Of a DNA stretch of 64,000 nucleotides, positions 39,938 to 48,736 are shown one piece after another. The notes below the pieces were generated by a model that did no database searches, was not told the origin of the DNA, and saw nothing but the letters and a program-made list of their open reading frames with translations. The stretch is from an uncultured Acidobacteriaceae bacterium. Its GTDB lineage: Bacteria; Acidobacteriota; Terriglobia; Terriglobales; Acidobacteriaceae. Position 1 is the first letter of the stretch. Each line of letters starts with the position of its first letter. The translations under genes were made by a program, and so were the position numbers. Location of the stretch: contig CAWHOT010000002.1 of the NCBI GenBank assembly GCA_963831085.1, positions 986,941 through 1,050,940 of the forward strand. Reading direction: 5' to 3'.

Positions 39938-40930
39938 TTAGCGGCTCGAGGTTTTCTGCATCCAGGCCCACGCACTTGAGACGATGTCGGCGAGACTGCG
40001 CTGGGCGGTCCATCCCAGCACTCTTTGAGCCTTCGACGGATCAGCCACCAGGACTGGAGGATCGCCCGGCCGCCGTGGTCCAATCTTTCGCCGGACCGGG
40101 CGTCCAGTGGCGTTTTCCGCCGCCTGAATGACTTCGAGAACGGAATGTCCCCGGCCGGTTCCTAGATTGATGGCCAGCGATTCGCCCATTTTGCCTCCGT
40201 CTCTTTCGCCGTTTCTTTCCAGGTATTGCAACGCTCGGACGTGCGCATCGGCGAGATCGCTGACATGAATGTAGTCGCGAACGCAGGTGCCATCCGGAGT
40301 GGGATAGTCGGAACCGTAAATTTGCAACTCTCGTCCGTTCTCGGTGGAGGCGGCGAGGGCCAGAGGAATCAGGTGAGTTTCCGGATCGTGGAGCTCGCCG
40401 GTCTCGCCACTTTCGTCGGCTCCGGCGGCGTTAAAGTAGCGCAGCCTCACCGCGTGCAGTCCGTAGGCGCGGTCGTAAGCTTCGAGTGCATTTTCGAAAA
40501 AAAGCTTGGACGCGCCATAGGGATTCACCGGCTCGCGCGGCGTCTGCTCAGCGATCGGAATTCGCTCGGGGAGACCGTACACGGCACAGGTCGAAGAGAA
40601 CACGAACCGGCGGATACCGGCGTCCAGCGCGGAGTTCAGCAGGCTGAGTGCAGCGACAACGTTGTTGCGGAAATACTTGCGCGGGTTCTCGACCGACTCT
40701 CCCACATAAGCGTGAGCGGCAAAGTGCATGACCGCGTCCACGCGCGCGAGCACCGGACGGAGCTTCGCGTCGTCGGCGATGTCGCCCTCCACCAGCTCGA
40801 AGCCTTGCGCCAGGCGGCGAAAGCCGGTGGAAAGATTGTCGTAGATCACGACCTCATAACCGGAACGCCGAAGTGCGCGCGCCGCATGACTGCCAATGTA
40901 GCCTGCTCCACCCAACACCAGGATCGCCAC
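39938..40930 (-). CDS. galE: UDP-glucose 4-epimerase
   Basis: VLGGAGYIGSH NAD-binding motif, YGASK catalytic motif, 330 aa, GTG start. Confidence 0.9.
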   Translation of the reverse strand: MAILVLGGAGYIGSHAARALRRSGYEVVIYDNLSTGFRRLAQGFELVEGDIADDAKLRPVLARVDAVMHFAAHAYVGESVENPRKYFRNNVVAALSLLNSALDAGIRRFVFSSTCAVYGLPERIPIAEQTPREPVNPYGASKLFFENALEAYDRAYGLHAVRLRYFNAAGADESGETGELHDPETHLIPLALAASTENGRELQIYGSDYPTPDGTCVRDYIHVSDLADAHVRALQYLERNGERDGGKMGESLAINLGTGRGHSVLEVIQAAENATGRPVRRKIGPRRPGDPPVLVADPSKAQRVLGWTAQRSLADIVSSAWAWMQKTSSR

Positions 40931-41097
40931 CAGAAAACCTCACGACGCAACGCTTGACGACCGAACGATTTATGACACGATTGACACTCGCCGCTCTCGC
41001 AGTTGTTCGAGAGCTTGGCAGAAAAGCTACCCTCTGCCCATTATGATCGGGAAAAAGGGTTTCCGGGAGGCCGGATTTGCGGGCAGTACGAAGGCTG

Positions 41098-41353
41098 GAA
41101 AAAAGGTAAAGGCTGTGACATTGGTTATGCTCTAGCCATGAGCTCCTGCGAGGGAGCCAACAGCGTGGAGGCATGCACCGTCACAGCCTTCGATGCGATC
41201 ACCGCTTTCGCGGTCCCAAACCCCAACTACTCCTCGCAGAGCCGTCGGTTTTTTCAGGTCTGGCTGCTCTTCGGGTTGCCCCGCCGAGCTAATCACTCAG
41301 CCTACTTCGGACTGGCAAAAGTTTAATTTAGCCAACCCTTTCAGCCGTCGACG
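41098..41353 (-). ncRNA. Candidate structured non-coding RNA (copy B)
   Basis: Same elements as copy A. Differences are GTGA hairpin GCTGA/TTAGC (G-U instead of G-C), GAAA hairpin CCGC/GCGG (G-C instead of G-U) and a GCGA tetraloop where A has CGCGA. The closing stem lies at 41111..41188 and is followed by TTTACCTTTTTT. Confidence 0.5.
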
Positions 41354-41359
41354 GGAGCA

Positions 41360-41388
41360 ACCTTAGAGATTTACTCAAAGATTGTCAA
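41360..41388 (-). promoter_or_regulatory. Sigma-70-type promoter for the candidate ncRNA (copy B)
   Basis: TTGACA-17 nt-TAAGGT, identical to copy A. Confidence 0.5.
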
Positions 41389-41618
41389 TGCCCTTTTTTG
41401 GTGCAATTGTGCCGCCGCGATGTCGCAAGACCCAGACATGCAACCCATTGAATCATTGCCAGTTGATGAATGGGAGATTAAATTCTTCCCCTTTTTCCAC
41501 AGAAACATTCACAGGTCGGAAATCGCGAACGGACGGAAAGAGCTGGCGTGGGAACCAGACAAACATCTTGACGTCGGAAAATTCATCAGGCATGGTTGAT
41601 ACGAGCTCATCGGTAGAA

Positions 41619-42041
41619 ATGGCAGATCTCGTGGCCCACGTCGACGGCGGCTCTTTCGGAAACCCCGGCCCATCTGGTATTGGCGTGGTGATCGACGGCT
41701 CTGGCGACCGCACAATCAGAATCGCCAAATGGATCGGACACCAGGACAATAATGTCGCCGAGTACGTTGCTCTGCTCGAAGCGCTGCAATGTGCGCTGGG
41801 GCTTGAGGCCACGACGCTGCACGTGTTTTCAGATTCCGAAATAGTGGTCAAGCAGATGAGTGGCGAGTACAGCTGCCGCAGCCCGCGGCTTTATTCCCTG
41901 AATTGGATCTGCCGGAAGTTGGCCCGATCGCTCGATTTCTCTATCTCTCACGTCCCGCGTGAGAACAACGTTGAGGCCAACGATTTGGCCACCGCGGCCG
42001 CCCGCCAGAGGCTTTGCTCCGATCTGTCTTACCTCGCCTAA
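41619..42041 (+). CDS. RNase H-like protein (type 1 / RVT_3-like), 140 aa, paralog B
   Basis: 120 of 140 aa are identical to paralog A by hand count, with the same catalytic-motif pattern. The listed start 41382 is rejected because the extension is not conserved in copy A. Confidence 0.8.
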   Translation: MADLVAHVDGGSFGNPGPSGIGVVIDGSGDRTIRIAKWIGHQDNNVAEYVALLEALQCALGLEATTLHVFSDSEIVVKQMSGEYSCRSPRLYSLNWICRKLARSLDFSISHVPRENNVEANDLATAAARQRLCSDLSYLA

Positions 42042-42093
42042 GTCAATAAGAACCTGACAGCTTTAAGGGGACTACACCGTCATCACCGCTTCC

Positions 42094-42109
42094 GGTGATC
42101 AAGATCACT
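42094..42109. promoter_or_regulatory. Crp-like palindrome GGTGA-N6-TCACT overlapping a 7-bp hairpin (42082..42099)
   Basis: GGTGATCAAGATCACT has an intact GTGA-N6-TCAC core. Its left arm is also the right arm of ATCACCG-CTTC-CGGTGAT. It lies upstream of the hybrid kinase gene. Confidence 0.35.
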
Positions 42110-42225
42110 CACCCCTGGAAAGAGACAATATTTCATTCCAATTCAATCGCTTCCGCTCCTCGCCTTTACAGAAGAGCCGGTTCCGACATAGATTTGTGTA
42201 CCGGTAGTTTGAATAGTGGGGTTGT

Positions 42226-44238
42226 ATGTCGCGAACTTCCTCGGATCACAAGGAACCCGCCCACTCATTCTCGGGCAAAACTGTCTCGGGCAATACTATG
42301 TCTGACGTCATGCTTTCCAGCGAACTCCTGGAAGCCCTTCCGGATGCCATCGTTGCCGTCGATGGCGACGGAACCATCATTCAAGTCAATTCACAGGCAC
42401 TAGAGCTTTTTGGCTACCGCCGTGACGAATTGATTGGTCAGAAGGTTGAAATGCTCGTCCCGGAGAGCTATCGCCCGCGGCACCACCATCATCGCGAGAA
42501 CTTCACCAAAACGCCGAAGACGCGACGGATGGGAGCGGATTTGGATCTCTACGGCAGACGGCGCAACGGTTCGCAATTCCCGGTAGAAATCAGTCTCAGT
42601 CCTCTTTACACGGGGAGCGGAACGCTGGTGCTGAGTGCGATCCGCGACATCAGCGATCGCAAGCGTATTGCAGAAGAACTGCGCCGGGCGAACGAAGAAC
42701 TGCATCGGCGATCGGCCGAGCAACTGGGAGAATACCGGTCGAGACTGGCCTTGATTATCGATTCTTCCGAGGACGCGATCATTGGCAAAGGCTTGGACGG
42801 CATCATCACCAGTTGGAACAAGGGAGCCGAGCGCATCTATGGCTACACGCCAGAGGAAGTTGTCGGAAAGCACATATCCCTTCTAGCTCCCAGTGATCGC
42901 CCCGATGAAATCCCTGAGATTCTGAAAAAAATCGCGCGAGGGGAAGGCACCGAGCATTATGAATCGGTGCGGGTAGCCAAGGATGGACGGCAGCTGAATG
43001 TCTCCATTTCCGTGTCTCCGTTGCGCGATGCGAAAGGCGACGTCATAGGAGCGTCCGCGATTGCCCGTGACATCACGGCCCAAAAGAAGGCCGAGGGCCA
43101 GCTTCATCAATCACAGAAAATGGAAGCGGTCGGGCGGCTGGCGGGAGGAGTCGCGCACGACTTTAACAACATCCTGGGGATCATCAGTGCCTGCGCGGAA
43201 TTCCTCCGCGACCGCATTGAACCCGCCGCGGAACCTTCACACTACGTCGAGAACATCAAGAAGGCAACGGAACGCGGCTCCGCTTTGACTCGCCAGCTTC
43301 TTGCCTTCAGCCGGTCATCTGTAATCCAACCCCGTGTGCTCGATCTGAACGAGCGGTTGAAGGACGTCAGCAGGCTCCTGCGTCCGCTGATGGGAGACGA
43401 TGTCGAGATTCTCATTTTGTCCAAATCACCCACGGCGGTGGTCGAGGCTGACCCCGGACAGCTCGATCAGATCGTAGTAAACCTCGCGGTGAACGCGCGC
43501 GACGCTATGCCACGAGGCGGCAAGTTTATTCTCGAAACTCGCGCCGAGAAATTTGACGAGGCCTTCGCCGAGCAGAATCAATCCATGGCCGCAGGAAAAT
43601 ACGTTCTGCTCGCGGTCAGCGATACCGGCAGCGGCATGGACGAAGCTACCGTCTCGCGCATCTTTGAGCCCTTCTTCACCACCAAAGAGAAGGGCAAAGG
43701 AACCGGCTTGGGCCTGGCCACTGTGTATGGCATTGTCAAGCAGAGCGCCGGTCACATCCTGGTTTACAGTGAACCGGGACACGGAACGACTTTTAAGATC
43801 TATCTCCCCAGTGCGGATCACAAACTCGGGCTCGCATCCAAGCCGGAAGTCGAGGCCGTCAGTCCGAAGCGGCACGGGACTACGATCCTGCTGGTTGAAG
43901 ACGATGAAATCATGCGCAGCTTGACTCGACAATTACTGCAAGAGCACGGCTATACCGTCATTGAAGCGGATGACGGGAAGTCCGCGCTCGAATGGGTGGA
44001 GTCGCATCCGGATCCAATTGATCTCGTGCTGACCGACGTAGTGATGCGCCGCATGAGCGGTCCTGAATTAGTTGAGCGCCTGAACGCCTCTCACCCGAAC
44101 CTGAAGGTCGTGTACATGTCCGGCTATACCGGCGAATTGATCGCGGAACGCGAAGTCTTGAAGCGCGGGATAACGCTCCTGGAAAAACCCTTCAGCCGAA
44201 CGGCCTTGCTGAACACCATCCATGCCACTTTGGGATGA
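42226..44238 (+). CDS. Cytoplasmic hybrid sensor histidine kinase (2 x PAS, HisKA, HATPase, C-terminal receiver)
   Basis: PAS motifs (AIVAVDGDGTI.., DAIIGKGLDGIITSWN), H-box HDFNNIL, G-boxes DTGSGM and GTGLGL, receiver ILLVEDDE..DLVLTDVVM. An alternative start lies at 42298. Confidence 0.85.
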   Translation: MSRTSSDHKEPAHSFSGKTVSGNTMSDVMLSSELLEALPDAIVAVDGDGTIIQVNSQALELFGYRRDELIGQKVEMLVPESYRPRHHHHRENFTKTPKTRRMGADLDLYGRRRNGSQFPVEISLSPLYTGSGTLVLSAIRDISDRKRIAEELRRANEELHRRSAEQLGEYRSRLALIIDSSEDAIIGKGLDGIITSWNKGAERIYGYTPEEVVGKHISLLAPSDRPDEIPEILKKIARGEGTEHYESVRVAKDGRQLNVSISVSPLRDAKGDVIGASAIARDITAQKKAEGQLHQSQKMEAVGRLAGGVAHDFNNILGIISACAEFLRDRIEPAAEPSHYVENIKKATERGSALTRQLLAFSRSSVIQPRVLDLNERLKDVSRLLRPLMGDDVEILILSKSPTAVVEADPGQLDQIVVNLAVNARDAMPRGGKFILETRAEKFDEAFAEQNQSMAAGKYVLLAVSDTGSGMDEATVSRIFEPFFTTKEKGKGTGLGLATVYGIVKQSAGHILVYSEPGHGTTFKIYLPSADHKLGLASKPEVEAVSPKRHGTTILLVEDDEIMRSLTRQLLQEHGYTVIEADDGKSALEWVESHPDPIDLVLTDVVMRRMSGPELVERLNASHPNLKVVYMSGYTGELIAEREVLKRGITLLEKPFSRTALLNTIHATLG

Positions 44239-44332
44239 CCGGGGGATGACTGGCAATCTAAAGCTGCCGTCCGCCGAAGCGGGAATGTCTTGGGTCATCG
44301 AAACCAAAGTTTGGTCATATAACCAAACGCTT

Positions 44333-44348
44333 GGTGATGGAGATCACA
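44333..44348. promoter_or_regulatory. Near-perfect Crp-type palindrome GGTGA-N6-TCACA upstream of the Crp/Fnr gene
   Basis: GGTGATGGAGATCACA, 181 nt upstream of the ATG at 44529. It shares GTGATGGnGATCACA with the site at 39871. Confidence 0.45.
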
Positions 44349-44528
44349 CATTACTGTGGGAAAGCACTCACCGCCGGAGGGGGGCTCGGGGGGTGGCAAA
44401 CATAATGTTCGCTACCGCACGAAATTAATGCTATGATTCCGTGCCACTTAGACAACTTCCCTGAATTTGGGCCCGAGCCTGGAGTATGGCGAGGCAGTTG
44501 CCAAAGCACGTGTGAACGGAGACAACAT

Positions 44529-45230
44529 ATGGCCACCTCAGTCGTAGACAATGTCCAGAAACTGGCACCAGCAGACAAGACGTTTTGCGATCTTCCTCCA
44601 GCCGTGGCCGACGCCTTGGAGCAAGCGGCACTGACCACCAGCTATCCCACGGGTGCAGTTCTGTTCGCGGAGGGCCAGGCGCCCCGCGGAGTATTCATCG
44701 TCCGTCGAGGCCGGGTGAAGCTTTCCATCTGCGGCAGCGACGGCAGGACGCTGATTCTGCGTATGGTCGACTCCGGCTGCCCATTGGGAGTTGCGGCGGT
44801 AGTTTCCGGGCGGCCGTACGAAGCCACGGCCGAAACCCAGGAGCCGTCCGAAGTCAGCTTTTTACGGCACAGCGATTTGCTGCGCCTTATGCGTATTCAC
44901 GGCGAGGTTGCCCTGTGGGTGACCCAGCACATCGCCGAAGATTACGCCAGCACATGCCGGGAAATCCGTGATCTGATCCTTTCCGACTCGGCCAGCGAAA
45001 AGCTCGCTCGGCTGTTGGTGGGATGGCTCGATCAAAACACCGCGTCCAAGAACCCAAGCCAGATGAAGCTGGCCTTGACGCACGAAGAGATCGGGCAGAT
45101 GATCGGCTCTTCGCGAGAAACCGTGAGCCGGCTTTTCGCAGGCTTCAAGAAGCAGCACGTCATTCAGCAGAGCGGATCTACTCTGGTGATTCAGAACCGC
45201 GTGGCTCTGGAATCGCTGATCACGGCATAG
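44529..45230 (+). CDS. Crp/Fnr-family transcriptional regulator (no N-terminal Fe-S Cys cluster)
   Basis: cNMP-binding-like domain (LFAEGQAPRGVFIVRRGRVKLS) and a C-terminal HTH (THEEIGQMIGSSRETVSRLF). The start is set at the ATG with a GGAGA RBS. There is only one Cys in the N-terminal 30 aa. Confidence 0.85.
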   Translation: MATSVVDNVQKLAPADKTFCDLPPAVADALEQAALTTSYPTGAVLFAEGQAPRGVFIVRRGRVKLSICGSDGRTLILRMVDSGCPLGVAAVVSGRPYEATAETQEPSEVSFLRHSDLLRLMRIHGEVALWVTQHIAEDYASTCREIRDLILSDSASEKLARLLVGWLDQNTASKNPSQMKLALTHEEIGQMIGSSRETVSRLFAGFKKQHVIQQSGSTLVIQNRVALESLITA

Positions 45231-45260
45231 ATATTTCCACGGTGCGAGAGCGCCACAGTC

Positions 45261-45298
45261 GGGGGCCGGTCATCCTCCGCCGGCCCCGTTTTCTTTGC
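45261..45298 (+). terminator. Rho-independent terminator of the Crp/Fnr gene
   Basis: Stem GGGGCCGG / CCGGCCCC followed by GTTTTCTTTG. Confidence 0.75.
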
Positions 45299-45412
45299 GA
45301 GCATGTCCTCGTCGTCCACGACAGGGCCTCGTCGAGATTGAATCGGAGCGAACAAGCGCGGAACAGGGAGCGGGCCAGTATCTTTCCGACGGTGCGCGTG
45401 CGCCCACACGCA

Positions 45413-45443
45413 GAAAAGCCCCGCCCAAGCGGAGCTTGGACGG
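45413..45443 (-). terminator. Rho-independent-like terminator on the minus strand, 216 nt after the last cytochrome gene
   Basis: The minus strand reads CCGTCCAAGC-TCC-GCTTGGGCGG (9 bp, one mismatch) followed by GGCTTTTCTG. Confidence 0.45.
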
Positions 45444-45658
45444 GCCACCCTCCAGATCTCAAATGACTACAATGGGCCGGGCCACCCACCCCTGACACTT
45501 GAAAAACTTACTGCCTGACATTAAGTAGTATGCCGGGAAATAAAATCCCAAAGCAGATCCCTTTCCTGTTGTGCGTGTTCGTTGACAAAAGCCATTTCTA
45601 AATCAAATATTTCTTGGCCAGTTAAATGCGTTGCAGCATGTGGAGGCGCACACAAGGC

Positions 45659-47779
45659 TCAGCTTTGTCTTTTGTCGCCTGAACCGTCGCCAGTTCCCTG
45701 CTCGTCATCGTAATCGGCAGGATCAGTCGGTAACTCGACCTGGTGGGCCCGTTCCAGGGCGCGTAGATACTCCGGGCGAGAATGGCGATAATGGTCGGCT
45801 GGGACTTTGCCGTTGAGCCAGGCTGTATCCATCGGATAGACGAGCGGGTCGAAGATCACCATGTAGAAATGCCAAATAAGGATGGAGAAAGTCGCGAGCA
45901 GCGCTTCGTAATAATGCACGGCCGTGGCCGCATCCGACACCCACTTGGGGAAATGGCGCAACGTGAAATTGTTAAACCACAACAAGAAGCCGGAGACCGT
46001 CATCACCACCGTTCCCCACATGAAGGCCCAGTATTCCATCTTCTCCGCGTAGTTGAATTTCTTGAAGTGCGGTTCGGTTTTTGTGAGCCCGAGATTGTAG
46101 GAGAACACCTGCACCAGATCGGTCGCGTCTTTCAATTCGGGCAACATCGCTTTCAGGAACATGCGATCGCGCTTGTTTCGCGCGAGGTGAATCACGTGGT
46201 AGATCGTGGAAGCGAGGAGCACAACCGCCGCTCCGCGATGCACCGCGCCGCGGAATGCGAAGATGCCTTCGCTGAGCAATAGCGGACGCGCCCAGAATGC
46301 GTCCGGATACTTCAGCGCGAACCCGGTGACCACGAGCGTCGGGAAACTGAGGATCACGCCCCAGTGCGCGATACGGAAGTTGCGATTCATCCGCGTCACT
46401 TGTCCGCCGGTTTCGTGCCGCGGCTGCCGTCGAAGGACCTTGGCCAGATAGTCCAGGAGGTTGTGCAGCATCATGAAGCCGAGCGTCATCGGGATCAGGA
46501 ACCAGTAGGTCCAGCGAATCCACTTCACCACCGGGTGATTGGGGCCCGCGCCGGTCTGCACATGGATGGGGCCGATGATGTATTTGTCATTGACCACGCC
46601 CTGGTGACATTGTCCGCAGGTTTTGGGGAGGTTGGCAGCGTTGACGGTCGAGCGCGGATCGCTGGAACGGAGAATGGAGTGCACCCCATGGCATGAAGCG
46701 CAATTCGCCGCGGTCACTTTCCCTTCGGTGAGGGCCAACCCGTGATAGCTTCCGGCGTAGGATGGCAGGCGATCCATTGGCAGATCATTGCGCAGCGCCA
46801 GACGGGGATCGCCGTGGCAACGCCCGCAGGTCTCCTGGGAGATATTCCTGGCATTTAAGGGTGAGGCCGCGCTCTTTGGATCCATGATCAGGTGCTCGCC
46901 GTGGCAATCGACGCAAACGGGAGCATCCCGAACGCCTTCCTTGACCGCTTCGCCGTGGACGCTCTCGTTGAACTCGCGCGCGATTTCCTTGTGGCATTGC
47001 GCGCAAGTTTCCGGCACCTTCCAGTGATTGACCCGGGATCGCTCGTCGGTGGCGGGATAGATGTCATGAGTGCCATGGCAACTGGAACAGGTGGCCGCAT
47101 CCTTGCCGAGCGCGACCGCGCGGCCGTGAACGCTTTGCTTATAGGAATCGACCGGATGCGCTACCGGAATTTTGTGCCGCGACAAGAAGCCGGCATCGCT
47201 ATGGCATTTTGCACAAGTATCCGCCAGATTCTTACGCGCGATGGTCGAGTCGGCTTCGCTGGAGGCTTTCACCGCGTGGATGGGACCGTGGCAGGACACG
47301 CATTTGGGCGCGTCGGGGTCGCCATTTTTCGCGGCCTGTCCGTGGATGCTGGATTCGAGCGCCTTCAGTTCCTCGCCGTGACATTCCGCGCATTTTGCGG
47401 GCATCAGTTTTTCGGCGGTGGTGAGTTCGTGCACGCTGCCATGGCACGAGGCGCAGGCCGATTCGCCGAGGATGGAGTGGGCGCTGGCGGGGAAAAACTT
47501 GGCTTCGTCCGCATGGCAGGTAGCGCATTTCACTTTGGCGATTTTGGCGGGATGCGGAAATTCTTTGATGGCGGTGTGGCAATCCTTGCAGCCGAGAATG
47601 GCGTGCGCACTGGCGGCATGCTTGGCCGGGTCAATTGAAATGTCTTTCCCGGCGTCGGATTTCATTCCCGCCTGGCCATGGCACGCCAGACATTCCTCAT
47701 CGCCAGCGGGGGATGCCGAGGCCACGGTCGGAGCCAAAACCAAAGTCAGGTAAAGCAAAGCAACCAGAGCTGCACGCAT
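45659..47779 (-). CDS. Fusion of a 13-heme periplasmic c-type cytochrome with a C-terminal membrane b-type cytochrome domain (CbcL-like architecture)
   Basis: Signal peptide; 13 CxxCH motifs, several in doubled-CxxCH modules; a C-terminal ~300 aa with TM helices and conserved His (FdnI/HydC-like cyt b) paralogous to 47846..48736. Confidence 0.85.
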   Translation of the reverse strand: MRAALVALLYLTLVLAPTVASASPAGDEECLACHGQAGMKSDAGKDISIDPAKHAASAHAILGCKDCHTAIKEFPHPAKIAKVKCATCHADEAKFFPASAHSILGESACASCHGSVHELTTAEKLMPAKCAECHGEELKALESSIHGQAAKNGDPDAPKCVSCHGPIHAVKASSEADSTIARKNLADTCAKCHSDAGFLSRHKIPVAHPVDSYKQSVHGRAVALGKDAATCSSCHGTHDIYPATDERSRVNHWKVPETCAQCHKEIAREFNESVHGEAVKEGVRDAPVCVDCHGEHLIMDPKSAASPLNARNISQETCGRCHGDPRLALRNDLPMDRLPSYAGSYHGLALTEGKVTAANCASCHGVHSILRSSDPRSTVNAANLPKTCGQCHQGVVNDKYIIGPIHVQTGAGPNHPVVKWIRWTYWFLIPMTLGFMMLHNLLDYLAKVLRRQPRHETGGQVTRMNRNFRIAHWGVILSFPTLVVTGFALKYPDAFWARPLLLSEGIFAFRGAVHRGAAVVLLASTIYHVIHLARNKRDRMFLKAMLPELKDATDLVQVFSYNLGLTKTEPHFKKFNYAEKMEYWAFMWGTVVMTVSGFLLWFNNFTLRHFPKWVSDAATAVHYYEALLATFSILIWHFYMVIFDPLVYPMDTAWLNGKVPADHYRHSRPEYLRALERAHQVELPTDPADYDDEQGTGDGSGDKRQS

Positions 47780-47845
47780 TTCAACGCCTTTCGGCAGTTC
47801 AAAAGCAAATCATGTGGAGCGACGCTCCACCAACACAAGCCACTT

Positions 47846-48736
47846 CTAGCGGTAGGCGAACAACACCGCATAGATGATCCACAACACAATGCTGAATCCG
47901 ACCGCCAGCGCTGCCCAGGCGAAGGCTCGAATCGTACGGGTGACGATTGGCGGATAAGCCTCCTCCATGTAATCCTCCAGCGTCCCGCTGGCGACCAGCG
48001 CTTCATACTCTCTCGGCTTGTCCCTCTTTAATTCTTCGAGCGGCATGCGCCCAGTGAACACCGTGATGTCCATGGGAAACTTTTCGGGGCGCAAGTGGGT
48101 ATTGAAGAAATGGACGGTAAAGATGAAGCCGGTGGCGAGCAACGCCTCGTCGCTGTGAATGATGGTGGCGACGTTGAGGAACGACCCCGGTATAAACCGG
48201 GTGAAGAACACTGGAAACCAGAGTGTGAGGCCGGTCGAACCGATCACCGCGATCCCCCAAAACACCGCGAAATAGTCGAATTTTTCCCAGTACGTCCAGC
48301 GGCCGTAGGCAGGGCGCTTGCCCAGGCCCACAAACCACTTCAGCGTGGCCACGAACTCAGCCAAATCCTGGCGGTTGGGGATCATGCTGCCCGGACCGAA
48401 CACCAGCGAGCGCCAGGAAATGTGCTCCCTTTTTTTCTGTCGGTACAAGTCCACCAGATGGGTGATGAAGACTCCGAACATGACGACGGCGGCGGTGCGG
48501 TGAATGTAGCCCGCGTTCTCGAATCCGCCGAGCAGATGAGAAAGCACCGCGGCCCATTTCGTGTAGGAGAACTTCAGGGTCAACCCGGTCAGCGCCAGGC
48601 TCATGAAGCTCACGATCATGCAGATGTGCAGAGTCCGCTGCAACCGGGAGAACCGGATGAACTGACGTTCGGGGCGGGCGAACTGCGGACGTTCCGCCGC
48701 GCGTTCCACCAAGTCTGCTGATTCGCCCTTAGGCAT
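47846..48736 (-). CDS. Membrane b-type cytochrome (FdnI/HydC-like), stand-alone
   Basis: The start ATG at 48736 is preceded by AAGGAGAA and lies 4 nt after the upstream stop codon. It aligns by eye with the C-terminus of 45659..47779 (EK..YWA..WG....S.G..LWF ... H..EALLAT..I...HF ... PMD). Confidence 0.8.
   Translation of the reverse strand: MPKGESADLVERAAERPQFARPERQFIRFSRLQRTLHICMIVSFMSLALTGLTLKFSYTKWAAVLSHLLGGFENAGYIHRTAAVVMFGVFITHLVDLYRQKKREHISWRSLVFGPGSMIPNRQDLAEFVATLKWFVGLGKRPAYGRWTYWEKFDYFAVFWGIAVIGSTGLTLWFPVFFTRFIPGSFLNVATIIHSDEALLATGFIFTVHFFNTHLRPEKFPMDITVFTGRMPLEELKRDKPREYEALVASGTLEDYMEEAYPPIVTRTIRAFAWAALAVGFSIVLWIIYAVLFAYR

Larger units (their letters stand above)
41102..42063 (+). 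repeat. Copy B of the ~0.96 kb direct repeat (partner 22030..22995)
   Basis: See copy A. The offset between copies is ~19.07 kb and the orientation is the same. Confidence 0.9.

Noticed and set aside
41382-41618. A 79-aa N-terminal extension of the RNase H-like ORF in copy B (and the 12-aa extension from 22514 in copy A).
   Set aside because: The extensions are unrelated between copies, while the proteins align from the internal ATG (MSDLVAY / MADLVAH).
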